The notes under the pieces were generated by a model. That model made no database searches, was not told where the DNA came from, and was given only the letters and a program-made list of their open reading frames with translations. A stretch of 64,000 nucleotides of DNA. Origin: Nemertoderma westbladi (taxonomy: Eukaryota; Animalia; Xenacoelomorpha). The translations under genes were made by a program, and so were the position numbers. Where the stretch lies: the NCBI GenBank assembly GCA_032718475.1, contig JAUCBJ010000012.1, forward strand, positions 5,673-69,672, given 5' to 3'. This document shows positions 40,833 through 52,934 of the stretch, piece after piece (position 1 is the stretch's first letter; each line of letters opens with the position of its first letter).

Positions 40833-41270
40833 CTAAGCTGGGGAGTCCCTAGATGTTTGTTGGATTAGGGAGGTGGTCGTGGGAAGAGTATCTTGCCTCC
40901 CATAGTTTCCGGAGAGTTCTCTGTCTCTTTCCAGTAAACATAAGCGACCAACTGGGCGATTGAGCTGCTGCGTCTCGAAGACAATTCCCGGTTTCTTGAA
41001 GTTACGTCGCATGACGACGAGTTCTACCGATCGCACCAAACCGTCATCCGAGATGTGAGTCTCGATGATACGACCTGTCTGCCACCGCTTACGTGGAAGA
41101 TCTACATCCAGAATAAGAACCATGTCTCCAGCGCTGACGTTTTCTTGCTGCGCAAACCACTTAGTTCGAAGTTGTAGCGTGGGCAGATAATGTTTTTCGA
41201 AATGGTCAGCGAAACGACGGGATAACAACTGCATGAGTTGCCAAGTTTGCCGGCAGTATTCGTCTCCGTC
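40833..41270 (-). pseudogene. C-terminal remnant of BEL pol (post-integrase, DUF5641-like), copy A
   Basis: F...F.KHYLPTLQLRTKW...GDMVLI.D..LPR.RW.TGRIIETH...DGLVRSVEL...RPV.RLCLL. Confidence 0.85.
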
Positions 41271-41279
41271 TGTGATTTC

Positions 41280-44200
41280 CGATTGTGGTAGTTAGGGTGA
41301 GGTTGCTGTCTGTGTCTTTTTCATACGTAAGTGCTCGATACACTGCGGTATTTATCATGTAACAGGATTCACCTTCGTCGGAGAATTCATCTCTATAGAA
41401 TCCTTCCATCTCAGAGCTTTGGTCAGTGTCGTTCACATCACTGAATTGGACATGTAGTTCGGAATCACTTACCTGACTCTGGCTGTTTCGCTCAAATTCA
41501 GTGTGCAACAAGATATGATGTTTCGCACCGCACTTTGCACACCTTGTGTCGGAGTAACAGGTTCGCCGTTGGTGTCCTTGTCTGAGGCAATTATAACACA
41601 ACCGCTTATCCCACATGACTTCCCGTCTCTCCGCTAATGATTTCTTCAGGAATTCATCACACGTATTCAAATGGTGGGTCCCGTCACATAGCGCACATTT
41701 CGGTTTGATGTTACTTACCTTATTTTGAATAACAGTGTGCACACTCTTTCTTTCTTCGGGCTTTCTCACCTGAATTCTCTTGGGAGACGTAGGAGGAGTT
41801 TTTCTTACCTGTTCTCTCCTGTCATTGGTTCGAGACTTGAATTTACTTACCTGTTCTTTAGGCGTTTTATTGACATAATAAGATCTTTCAGTGTCTTTCC
41901 CGCTATCCTCTCCTTGAGAAGTCTGGCTTTCGCCGTCGTCTGTATAACACACTGGTGTTACCTTTCTCCTAGAGATGGGTTTCTCACTTACCTTGTTTTC
42001 CGGTGTCTTCTCTCTGGACTGCTTTATGAGCTGTAATTTCACTTCGCCATCCAAGAATGACATGAGATCAGCCATGGTAGGGTCTCGTTGTTGTTGTTCC
42101 ATCATATATAACACTTTCTTGTCCCAGCGTGTACCTACTCCACCCTTCGGTAAAGTAGAAGCCACTGCTCTAATAACCATAGCACTCTGATACTCATGAG
42201 ACTTACCTAGCCAATCTAATTGTCTGCAGATCTCCTGAATCTCATCGGAAAACTCTATAATCCCGCTGCTAATAAACTTTCGGGGCGCTACCAACTTTGC
42301 ATACAAATACCCAGCTATGTTATTCCTATTACCATACCTGATGTTTAGTGTATCCCAAACTTGTCTTAATCCGTCTGGATGTCCAATAAACTTTAACGCC
42401 ATTAACTTGGGAGATCCTTCCAAGCACTCGATGAGGAATCTAAGTTTCTCTCCATTAGATAGCACAGAGTTCTGTATGTTATCTTTATAATATTCATTAA
42501 AAGGTAACCATTTCATCTCATCTCCATTGAACTTCACTATCTCTCCCACCTTTACCGCTTGGCGGGCTTCGGTTCTAGCCATTTGACGCGTAAAACTTTC
42601 TTGGGCCATCGTGTTATTTAATATCGAGTTATCGGTATATAAATTTCTTGGGTTATGATCAGGTCTATAGGGAATATCACTATCAACAGGTCTATAATTA
42701 CCCTTAATAGGGTTTACTATAGGAGTTTCTACTTCACTAGCAGTATAGATGCGTGTAGGCTCCACACCTTGCGCATGAAATACTTCAGACCTAACGGGTT
42801 GACATATTGTTACAGAGGGTGGTGATATACCCTTTTGTAAATTTACTAATTTCTCGCGTTCTAGCGCGATACTTTGCTGCACTTCTTGCAACTCTAACCT
42901 ACTTTCCTTTACGGTTCCCTTTAACTGTTGAACAGTCCCTTCTAACTCTCGGACCTGTAGGGAGGAGCGCACTCGATTCTCCTTCATCTCTCCGAGGAGA
43001 ATGTCCATCCCCCGCTGTCTCTCGTCTACCCAATCAACCGCCGAAGCAGGATCCGCCAACGTCGTAGCGGGCGGACGAGGGACTACAGGCGATATATCCT
43101 TTATATTTCGCTCGGAGTCCAGGACCGACACTGCTTCAGGGGCTGTTCCTCTAGGCACAGATAATTTGGTGCTGTGTAAAGGGAATTTAAAGGTGGGTTC
43201 TGGGAGCACAGGTGTCTCTATCACCGAAGGGGTGATTTCAAGAACAGGCCTAATTATTTCAGGCTCATCTACTATAGTAGGGAGTCTTTCTAGTTTAATT
43301 ATTTGGTCTGTGGGTTCTGTACTACCTAAATCTGTGTTAGTTAATTGCCTTCTAACAGCTGGGGGCAAATCAGGCAATTTGTGACGGTAAGATGTTCTTC
43401 TACGCCTACTTAGACGAGATCTATTTCCTCTGCCTTCAGGATCGGTGGTATCGCCTTCCTCAGATGATGTATAACCTTGTCTCTTGGGAGTAGATCTATT
43501 CATCATCTGCATATTACTAGCTGTTAACTGTTTACTGAAGTTGTCTTGCTTCTCTTGAAGATTTTCCAACTCTAGTTGGGTTGTCTCTTCAGATGCCCTC
43601 CGTTCTGCTTCTGCCACTGCTATTTTTCTTTCCGCTTCGGCCGCTGCCGCTTTTCTTGCTGCTTCTACTGCTGCAGCTGCCGCTTTTGCTTCTGCCGCTG
43701 CCGCTTTTGCCTCTGCTGCTGCCTCTGCCGCTTTTCTATCCGCTTCTGCCGCTGCCACTGCCGCTGCTGCTGTCTTTCTATCTTCTATACGTTTTTTCTT
43801 TACTTGTTCTTCTTGAACCTTAGCGATGCGGATGCTTTCATTGAATTTAGCTTGGTTCGCAGCTAACCTATCCACATCGATTGCGTCCAACACACGCTGG
43901 GCTCCTTCACTATTAGGGCTAAGCCCCTCTAGTCTTCTCCTCAACTCTTCATCTCCTACAAAACGTTGATAGTCCGACAGATAGATGTCAATGGCATCCC
44001 TCTTATGCGGCTTCTCTGCCGTCGCTTCACTTTCCACTTGGGAAAAAGTAGCGTCTGTTGATTCTCCATGGGTTGAGCGCTCATCCAGTTGGGCTTTCCA
44101 CTGAGTCGTTCCTTGCACCTGGAGGCTCACCTGTTGAAACCAAGTCTTTACGGCAACTTGCAACGACGTGTCTTGTCTTCTTTTAGAAGCCTCCTCAAAG

Positions 44201-44949
44201 GCCGATAAGATTAGCCTGATTCGTAGAATTCTTTCTCTAACTTGATAAAGCAGCTGTCCCTGCTCTTGAGGTCCTTGGGGTTGTTGAAACAGTTGTTTTT
44301 CTAATCACTCCATGGAGCTGAAGAATCCCTGTACGTATCCGGCTGCGGACCTCTTCCACACAGCTGGATCGATGGTTTCCTTGGTTACTCCCATCCTGTG
44401 TATATCTTCCCAGGCAGCTTCTGATAAATCAAACGGGAGTCCGGGTCCGGGGAAGTTCCATTGCGACTCGACAATAGACTTCAGTTCTTCCCTTGTGTAT
44501 CCCTCATAACTATCTTTAGTCGATCGCTTACTTCTCGCCCAATCGATCTGGTGTTCTTCCACCGCAATCAATAACCTAGTGAGTATGGCTGCAGGAAGGA
44601 TGAGAAGGGGATCCGAATAAACCGCATCCGTCATCTTTGCTCCGCGCTCGGGTGTCAGCTCTACAGTATCCTCACTACTGGAGCTGTCGGGCCGTTGAGA
44701 AATAAGTTCTTGGCTCGCGGGTTGTTGTTGTTCCGCTGCTTCTTGGTCCCGCTTGACCTGAGCTCTAGTGCCTATGACAGACCTACGGTGTTGGACCAGC
44801 CTAGGTTCTGATATTACTACTGGGGAAATGATCTTTCTTACAGTAGGAGGTGAGTTGAACTTCGGTCTAACACGTTCCACACTCCTGTCTGGGTCACATA
44901 AGGTTGTATCTAGGAGACTGTCTGACAGGTTTTGCTTTGTGTCAGACAT
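41280..44949 (-). pseudogene. BEL/Pao gag, copy A, with one premature TGA at 44305-44307
   Basis: KFNGDEMKWLPF...LSNGEKLRFL...L.G (DUF1759-like); CALCDGTHHLNTC, CYNCLRQGHQRRTC, CAKCGAKHHILLH; copy B has CGA where A has TGA. Confidence 0.9.
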
Positions 44950-47209
44950 GTTGGTTTGTACAGTTGAATGCCTACTGCTATATTACAGTTAAAGCAAGTT
45001 TAGTAATTCAGTATCAACTGTTAGCCTAGTAATTAATTACCGATACTGCTACTCAGTGTAGCGTGATATATATATAATATATTAGAATACCGGTATGCTT
45101 ATAGTATATATATAAGTATTATTACAGACTAGGTTTGTCACAGGATACCGGTATGTAATTCCAGCACAAATATATATAAATATATAATAGGCCTATCGTG
45201 AATACCGGTATGCAGCTTACACTTATAGTACATATAAGTATAATTATTAACTAGAATTAATTACAGAATACCGGTATGATTTCAGCCTAAATTTATATAA
45301 CTAAATATAATAAGCCTATCGTGAATACCGGTATGTCAATTATTTTAGAATAATTGAATTTCTGAATTTTTAGGGGTTACTTGGTTACTTTAACTTACTT
45401 TATTACCGTTATTTAAGCAGTAGTCCAACTGATATTTAGACCTAATTGTTGTATGGCAGGCCTACTATTTATAAATCGTTTGATTTGATTTATAATATAT
45501 ATATACCCGTTTAATGGGTTTTGTCAATATTTGAAATAAATGTTATTATTTCTGGGGGGAGTCACTACACAGAAGCTGTGCGCTCTCAGTGGAATGCTAC
45601 TTGTTGGACACTAAAACAAATAATTCTAATTTACCTAAGTTACTTAATACTACAAATTACATACAATTCGGGGTGAGATTACAATCTCTAAATAAACACA
45701 AAAAATTACACGTACGAATTTTTAGGGTAATTTTACAAGAAGTCTACAAACCAGCCTAACAAAGGGTTAGAAATCTGGTTATTACAACGGACAGAGTACT
45801 ACGGTATTTGAAAATAATAAGTAGTAGTAAATATACTGCGTTGTCCAGATAGAAAAATACCACCGTCTGACGACTTATAGCCGTATCGCTATAAGTACTA
45901 CGTTATGTATCACGGAGTGTTCCTACCTAGAAGTTAATTACCGCGGTCTACCAGAACCAACGTGCCTATTAACCACTTTACAACACAAATATACTGCCTA
46001 CACACTAATTGCCTTCGGAAAGCACTGTACACTAAACCCTAAATTAGGTACAAGTACTTATACAACAAATAATTAGTAGTTAAAATACTTGAACAGCTAA
46101 AAGAACCACGGTATCTGCCGGAGTGACCAAAGCACAAAATCTCCAGTCTTTACCTACGCCGAGCAGCCCTGATGTAGTACCGGGGTTAGTTTAACTATAA
46201 CAGTATGTATAACAAGCACAATTACTGTAGGAATAAACTTGGGGAATGAATGTTGCAAATAATCGCATAAACTCTGAATAATAAATATTACGCTACGCGT
46301 ACAGACTACTCAAACAAAATGCAGACCAAATACTGACAGACTACTATCAAGCCTAAACAAACTACGGTATATGCAGACTCCGAAATGGTTAGTTAGTATG
46401 CGTTCTAACCTAGTAGTACGACTTATTCTTTCAGAGGGGGTTTACCTCACAGCACTGGAAGCCCCTACATTCCCAACTGGCACTTTATCGGACATACACT
46501 CTACACACACCGAAATTTCCTCAGACCTAACAACAGCCAGACAACTATCCAGCCTACAAATTATCTAAATAAGAATTATACGCTACCTGTATAGACTACA
46601 CAAACAGAGTACAGACCAAACGCTGGCAGACTACTATCAAGCCTAAATAAACTACAGTATATGCAGACTCCGAAATGATTAGTTAGTATGCGTTCTAACC
46701 TAGTAGTACGACTTATTCTTTCAAAGGGGGTTTACCTCACAGCACTTGAAGCCCCTACGTTCCTAACTAGCACTTTATCGGACAGATGCTCTACACACAC
46801 TGCAATCTGTTCAGACTTAACAACAGTTTGACAACAGTCTAGCCTACAAATTGTCTGTACAATCTGAGCAGGCTTACACGCCTTCTGCTCAATATTGGCC
46901 TACAAATAAATAAAACTTGACAGAAATAAGTAAAATCTCAATAAAAAACCAGGGCAGGGCGGCCGTCCCTGATTAATTATTAAGGCCTACCGGTATATAA
47001 TTATCAAAATCGAATAATACTGCTGTACCTGTACTGCTGTAGGTACCGGTCCGGGTGGTTAGGTAGTCAGGCCTACTGGGTACCGGTTGCCGGTACTTCA
47101 GCTTTATTGCCTACTGCAATACAGAAGCAATATCCGTTATTGTTCTTACCAGAACAATATTAAACTGTATTTATTGCCTACCCTGCAATCCGAACTTGAT
47201 ATCCGTTAT

Positions 47210-48389
47210 TGTTCGCGCTTTCAGACCTTTAGCAGTTTAACCTGCCAAATTTGGATGTCTTTTAGATGATAGATAGTCTTTAGCCTATGACAAGTATTTG
47301 ATACACTACATTAGCCGAATCCAGTCTATGCGCGATCATTCACCCGCTGGATATACCCGGGAGACTGGATTCGGAAGCCTAACCGTATTGCGGGGTAGGC
47401 CTACTGTATTATTCGACTGATCGTAATATATATAATCTCTGACAAATATTATTCACTTTCGGGAAATATTAACAGTTCCTTTAGGACGTGGCGCTTTAAA
47501 AATATAAACAGAGTTATGACTTAAACTAGACACAACGGGATGGCTATAGATTCACGTATATGGCGCATTCTTTAGGAGATGCTTCGTTATCAATCACGAT
47601 CATACACAATACTGCACAATGCTGCACACTAATCTGCCGACCTTCACTAATTTTAGTCACATATAAGGAGAACAACAGACAATACGTGTAGGGCCTATAA
47701 AATAGCATTAGATTCACTTCAAACCACTTAATGTAAGTCGCAATCGTTATATGTATCCGGTCTCTCTAACCTTTACTATATCAAGAAGATTGGGGTGTCT
47801 GATTGTTTATCAGTATTCCAAATATAATATTCCATCAACAAATATAATGAATAACCGACAGCAAAAGCAGTAATGTTAAGGTATGTTATGAGTGAGTGAG
47901 TAAGTTAAGTTATGTTATGTATGTATGATCAGTGAGTTTGATATGATAACGGATATACGTTCTATAATTAAGCCTACTAATGTTGAACTAAAGACTGAAA
48001 CACGGAGGTTCCACGCCGGTGTTGTAGGCTGTGGACAAAATCACAATACTGACTCACTTCCCTAGTTTCTATATACAATCTCCAACACAGAGGCAAAAAA
48101 CGCTCTGATTGGTCGACCGAACAAAGAGAGAACAAAGAACAAAGAGATGTTCCACGTGGCAATATCAGCTGTTAGCCGTCGTCATGGTATCTACACTGTT
48201 TCAAGAGGATCCGGCGTATTGAGTCATAGAATTGCTAATCATGTCCGCTAAAGTACACATACAGAAGAAATGGCTTTTATGTCCTCTAAAACAACAGTGC
48301 AGTAAGGACACGGCCTTTTATGCCTGCTAAACCAACTACAGAGTACTTTACGGGGAAAATAACCGGCTAATTACGCAAAAGCATTTACA
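47210..48389 (-). repeat. 5' LTR of copy A
   Basis: TGTAAATGC...GCGCGAACA; CCAAT, TATATAGAAA and initiator-like TCAGT (48052-48048) on the element strand. Confidence 0.95.
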
Positions 48390-48394
48390 AAGTC

Positions 48395-49950
48395 TACGGG
48401 CAAAGTGCGTAAGTAATCTGACAGAGTCAAGCCTGCAGATTGCTGCTGCTCTGTTCTCAAAACTAAACCGTTGATCCTGGGACGAACGAAGTAGCCAGCG
48501 GGCAGATGTGCTAGCGCTCTAGAGCTGGTCAGCCAAAGCTAAGTCCTCAGCGGGAGCCTTACCTACAAACCCAAATACCAAGTAACCTCTGCAGCGAGGA
48601 ACACGGTACTGGATCAAACAAAGTAGGTCCGATACCGAAGAGCAGAACCTAGATTAGCTGCCGAGGCTGCCATTTACTAAGGCCTGTCGTTATTGACTGA
48701 CTTTTCCATCGGAATGTGGCCCTTTTTAAACTCGGTATTCGGGGTCAATGTGAAGTTGACCCCTAATTATCACCTAGTCATAATCTGTCTTTCCTATGCA
48801 CTGATTTACTTTGAAATATGTAAAATATGATTAATATTGGGTTTGGTATCGTATCATCTCACCTCGAATCCATAAGGATTTATGGGGAAAGTGAAGATGC
48901 CGGCTCGAATATCGTAAGTTCATTCTCATTAGTTGCTGCCTTTTCTACCCTCCACTTCAGTTTCGAATGGAGACTCGCGAGATACTCAAGCTCTTCACAG
49001 CGAGATATCTGGTCCATGATTGTTATGTCAGTCCAACACTCAAAAACACAATGATTTCTGTTCTTCCCAAGATGTATATACACAAACATACATATAAACT
49101 TATATACAGAAAAATACAGTACTTTTAGTCGTTTCGTTATGCTAAAAATACTCTGAAAAAATAAAATTAAATGTTATAGAGCAAGTCACGGGTTATGAAA
49201 AACGTCGTAATAAACTTGGTTCAGCTTCATGCTATTGGAACTTGGCGATAGTGCAGAACACCAGGATACCGTCTGAGTCCAAACAGTGGTGGGACCAATT
49301 GGACGGAAATGGTTAGCGGTTACTTTGCCCTCAAAACTATACCGTCGATCCTGGCGAGCCTGGGATGAACTGTATATCCAGCGGACAGAGTGCTCAAGCA
49401 CTACCGAAACTGACAGAGTCGAAGCCTATAGGGACTGGACTGCTTAGTTTGCCCCCAAAACTAAATAGTGGATCCTGAGACAAACTAAGTAGCAAGTGGA
49501 CAGAGTGCGCGAGCGCTCTGGGGGTATTCCAGAGATCTCAATCCTGGGCAGTAACGTGTAACATCTTACCTTCCCAGCTACTGTGAACCCGCTAAGGCCG
49601 GCCTGGGAAGAAAGAAGTCCAATACCTTGGAGTGGAGCTCACTTTAAGGCTAGTCAGCGAAAACTCAGTCCTTGGCGGTAACGTCTTACCTTCCCAGCTA
49701 CCACGAACTCGCTAAGGCCGGCCTGGGAAGAAAGAAGTCCAATACCTTGGAGCAGAGCCTAGTTTAGCTGCCGAGGCGGCCAACTATGAAGGCTGATTTT
49801 TGGGACTGACTTTTCCATCCAAATGTGGCCCCTTTTAAACCCGGTGTGGGGTCAATAAGAAGTTGACCCCGAATTATCACCTAAACACAGTTTGTCTTTA
49901 TTGTGCAGTGATTTTACGTTAAACCCATGTAAATATAATTAATATTGGTT
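48395..49950 (-). repeat. Two diverged tandem promoter/leader units (X 49105-49950; X' 48395-48840 continuing at 31780-32301 across copy A)
   Basis: Shared blocks ggggtcaa...ttgacccc, gactgacttttccatc, tagctgccgaggc, gtcgtaataaacttggt.cagcttca, agtcgtttcgttatgctaaaa. Confidence 0.75.
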
Positions 49951-50262
49951 GTTAGACTGACCAATAACCGATTCGATTACTAATGAATGGCAATAGCAAT
50001 AGTCAATTATTCCTTTGTTAATAACTGGGTGGGATTAATAGGTGGGTGAGGTTGGCGTACTGAGGGGCCAATGAGAGAAAGGAGGGAGGTTGTACAGGGA
50101 CCTCCTTCATTGGATAGCAGTAATTTGTAGGGGAGTAGCCGGCAATATTGGTTGGAATTGTGGGTGAGGGCAGTTAAGGATGTCTGGGATGGAAATATGT
50201 TGTAATATTGGATATTAATGGAATGAAATATTACGGTGGGAAAGGGAATAATTGCGTAGTGA

Positions 50263-50660
50263 TTATTTCATTTTTAAATCAGGATCATGATGGAGTGTAT
50301 TTTTGTATGTTTGCCTACGGAGGCGCAAAAAATCGATTACAGTAAAGTGTTCAACCACATCCTCTTCTTTCTTTGACTTATCATTACGGCTGAACCACCG
50401 TTGCATCTCAGTACGGACAATGACTTCCTCATCCAAGTCATACGTGTACTCTCGGGCCACCTCTAGCAATGATTCCATTAAGTTGACCTTTGCATAGGCA
50501 GGGAGTAGTTCATGAAGTGTAAGCTCACTCGGTACAGTAGAAAAGCGGTATGACAGCTCAGTGTGCATACTGTCTATGAATGGAATAAATACTGACCGTC
50601 GTAATACTCCTCAGGAGTTGATCATCAACATTAGACCGATAAATTTGTTGCTTCGTACGG
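50263..50660 (-). CDS. Unidentified ORF fragment, cut off upstream by the copy B insertion
   Basis: 101-aa ORF with protein-like composition; no recognised motif. Confidence 0.3.
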
Positions 50661-50671
50661 CGTGGGATGGC

Positions 50672-51840
50672 TGTAAAAGCTTTTGCGGAATTAGCTGGTT
50701 ATTTTCCCCGCAAAGTACTCTGTAGTTGGTTTAACGGACATAAAAAGCCGTTTCCTTACTGTACCGGTGTTTTAGAGAACATAAAAAGCCATTTCTTCTG
50801 TATGTGTACTTTAGCGGACATAACTAGCAATTTTATGTCGCAATACGCTAAAATCCTCTTGACACAGTGTAGTTACTATGATGACGGCTAACAGCTGATC
50901 TGTACACGTGGAGCTTTTCCTTTGTTCTCTGTTCTTTCTTTGTTCGGTCGACCAATCAGAGCGTTTTTTGACTCTGTGTTGGAGATTGTATACAGAAACT
51001 CATGCAATTGAGTCAGTTGGTGTATTTTGTCCACAGCCAGAAGACCGGCTTTGGAATCTCTGTGTTTTCAGGCTTTAGCAAAACATTAGTAGGCTTGATC
51101 ATAGAACGTATAACCGTTATCTAAACAATTCATACCTAATCAAACAAAACAATCAAAACACCGCATTTTTACTGCTATTTACTGTCGGTTATTAATTATA
51201 TCAGTTGATGGAATATTATTATATTGGGATAATATCGATCAATAATCAGAAACCCCAATCTTCTTGATATACTGAAGGTTAGAGAGACTGGTTACATATA
51301 ACAATTGCGACTTACATTATATTGGTTTTGGAGTGAATCTAATGCTATTTCATAGGCACTACATGAGTCAGTGGTTGTTCTCTTTATATGTGACTAAAAT
51401 TAGTGAAGGTCGGCAGATCGGTGTGCAGCATTGTGCGGTAGTGTGCATGATTGTGACTGATAACGAAGCATCTCCTAAAGAATGCGCTTTATACATGAAT
51501 CCATAGCCATCCCGTTGTGTCTAGTGTAAGTCATAACTCTGTTTACATATTTAGAGCGCCATGTCCTAAAGGAACTGTTAATATTTCCCAAAAGTGAATA
51601 ATATTGGTCAGAGATTATATATTAACAATCAGTCGAATAATACAGTAGGCCTACACCGCAATAAGGTCAAGGCTTCCGAATCCAGTCTCCCGGGTATATG
51701 CAGCGGGTGAATGGTCGCGCATAGACTGGCTTCGGCTAATGTAGTGTATCAAATACTCGTCATAGGCTAAAGTCGATTTATAATCTAGAAGACATCTAAA
51801 TTTGGCAGGTTAAACTGCTAAAGGTCTGAAAGCGCGAACA
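50672..51840 (+). repeat. 5' LTR of copy B (1169 bp)
   Basis: Homologous to the copy A LTRs; CCAAT ~50952, TATA-like ~50989, TCAGTT 51013-51018. Confidence 0.93.
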
Positions 51841-51851
51841 ATAACGGTTAT
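51841..51851 (+). promoter_or_regulatory. Non-tRNA primer-binding site ATAACGGTTAT, complementary to LTR 51110-51120
   Basis: Immediately follows the LTR end; exact reverse complement of ATAACCGTTAT; no TGG tRNA-type PBS. Confidence 0.7.
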
Positions 51852-52934
51852 TGCTTCTGTATTGCAGTAGGCAATAAAGCTGAAGTACCGGTCAACCGGT
51901 ACCCAGTAGGCCTGACTACCTAACCACCCGGACCGGTACTTACAGCAGTACAGGTACAGCAGTATTATTCGATTTTGATAATTATATACCGGTAGGCCTT
52001 AATAATTAATCAGGGACTGCAGCCCTGGTTTTTTATTGGGATTTTACTTATTTCTGTCAGTTTTATTTATTTGTAGCCCAATATTGAGCAGAAGACGTGT
52101 AAGCCTGCCCAGATTGTACAGATAATTTGTAGGCTGGACTGTTGTCTGACTGTTGTTAAGTCTGAAGAGATTGCGGTGTGTGTAGAGTGTATGTCCGATA
52201 AAGTACTAGTTAGGAAAGTAGGGGCTTCCAGTGCTGTGAGGTAAATCCCCTCGAAAGAATAAGTCGTACTACTCGGTTAGAACGCATACTAACTAACCAT
52301 TTCGGAGTCTGCATATACTGTAGTTTGTTTAGGCTTGATAGTAGTCTACCAGCGTTTTGTCTGTATTTTGTATGTGTAGTCTGTACGGGTAGTGTAATAT
52401 TTCTTATTTAGATAATTTGTAGGCTGGATTGTTGTCTGGCTGTTGTTAGGTCTGAAGAGATTGCAGTGTGTGTAGAGTGTATGTCCGATAAAGTGCCAGT
52501 TAGGAACGTAGGGGCTTCCAGTGCTGTGAGGTAAACCCCCTCGAAATAATAAGTCGTACTACTCGGTTAGAACGCATACTAACTAACCATTTCGGAGTCT
52601 GGATATACCATAGTTTGTTTAGGCTTGATAGTAGTCTGTCAGCATTTGGTCTGCATTTTGTTTGAGTAGTCTGTACGCGTAGCGTAATATTTATTATTCA
52701 GAGTTTATGCGATTATTCGCAACATTCATATCCCCAAGTTTATTCCTACAGTAATTGTGCTTGTTATATATACCGTTATAGTTAAATTAACCCCGGTACT
52801 ACATCAGGGCTGCTTGGCGTAGGTAAAGACTGGTGATTTTGTGCCCCGGTCACTCCAGCAGATGCCGTGGTTCTTTTAGCTGTACAAGTATTTCTAACTG
52901 CTAGTTATTTGTTGTATAAGTACTTGTACCTAAT

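Larger units (their letters stand above)
32307..48389 (-). mobile_element. BEL/Pao LTR retrotransposon copy A: two LTRs, pol largely deleted, long accessory ORF
   Basis: TSD AAGTC at 32302-32306 and 48390-48394; TGT...ACA termini; LTRs 14880 bp apart differing at about 8 positions by eye; BEL-type gag with three Zn knuckles. Confidence 0.95.

Noticed and set aside
47141-47160. TGGTAAGAAC on the element strand as a tRNA PBS
   Set aside because: About 60 nt from the LTR end, absent from copy B, and not recognisably complementary to a tRNA 3' end; a tRNA database check is still advisable
48520-48560. CTGAGGA hammerhead-like core on the minus strand
   Set aside because: No GAAA after the candidate stem II and no stem III
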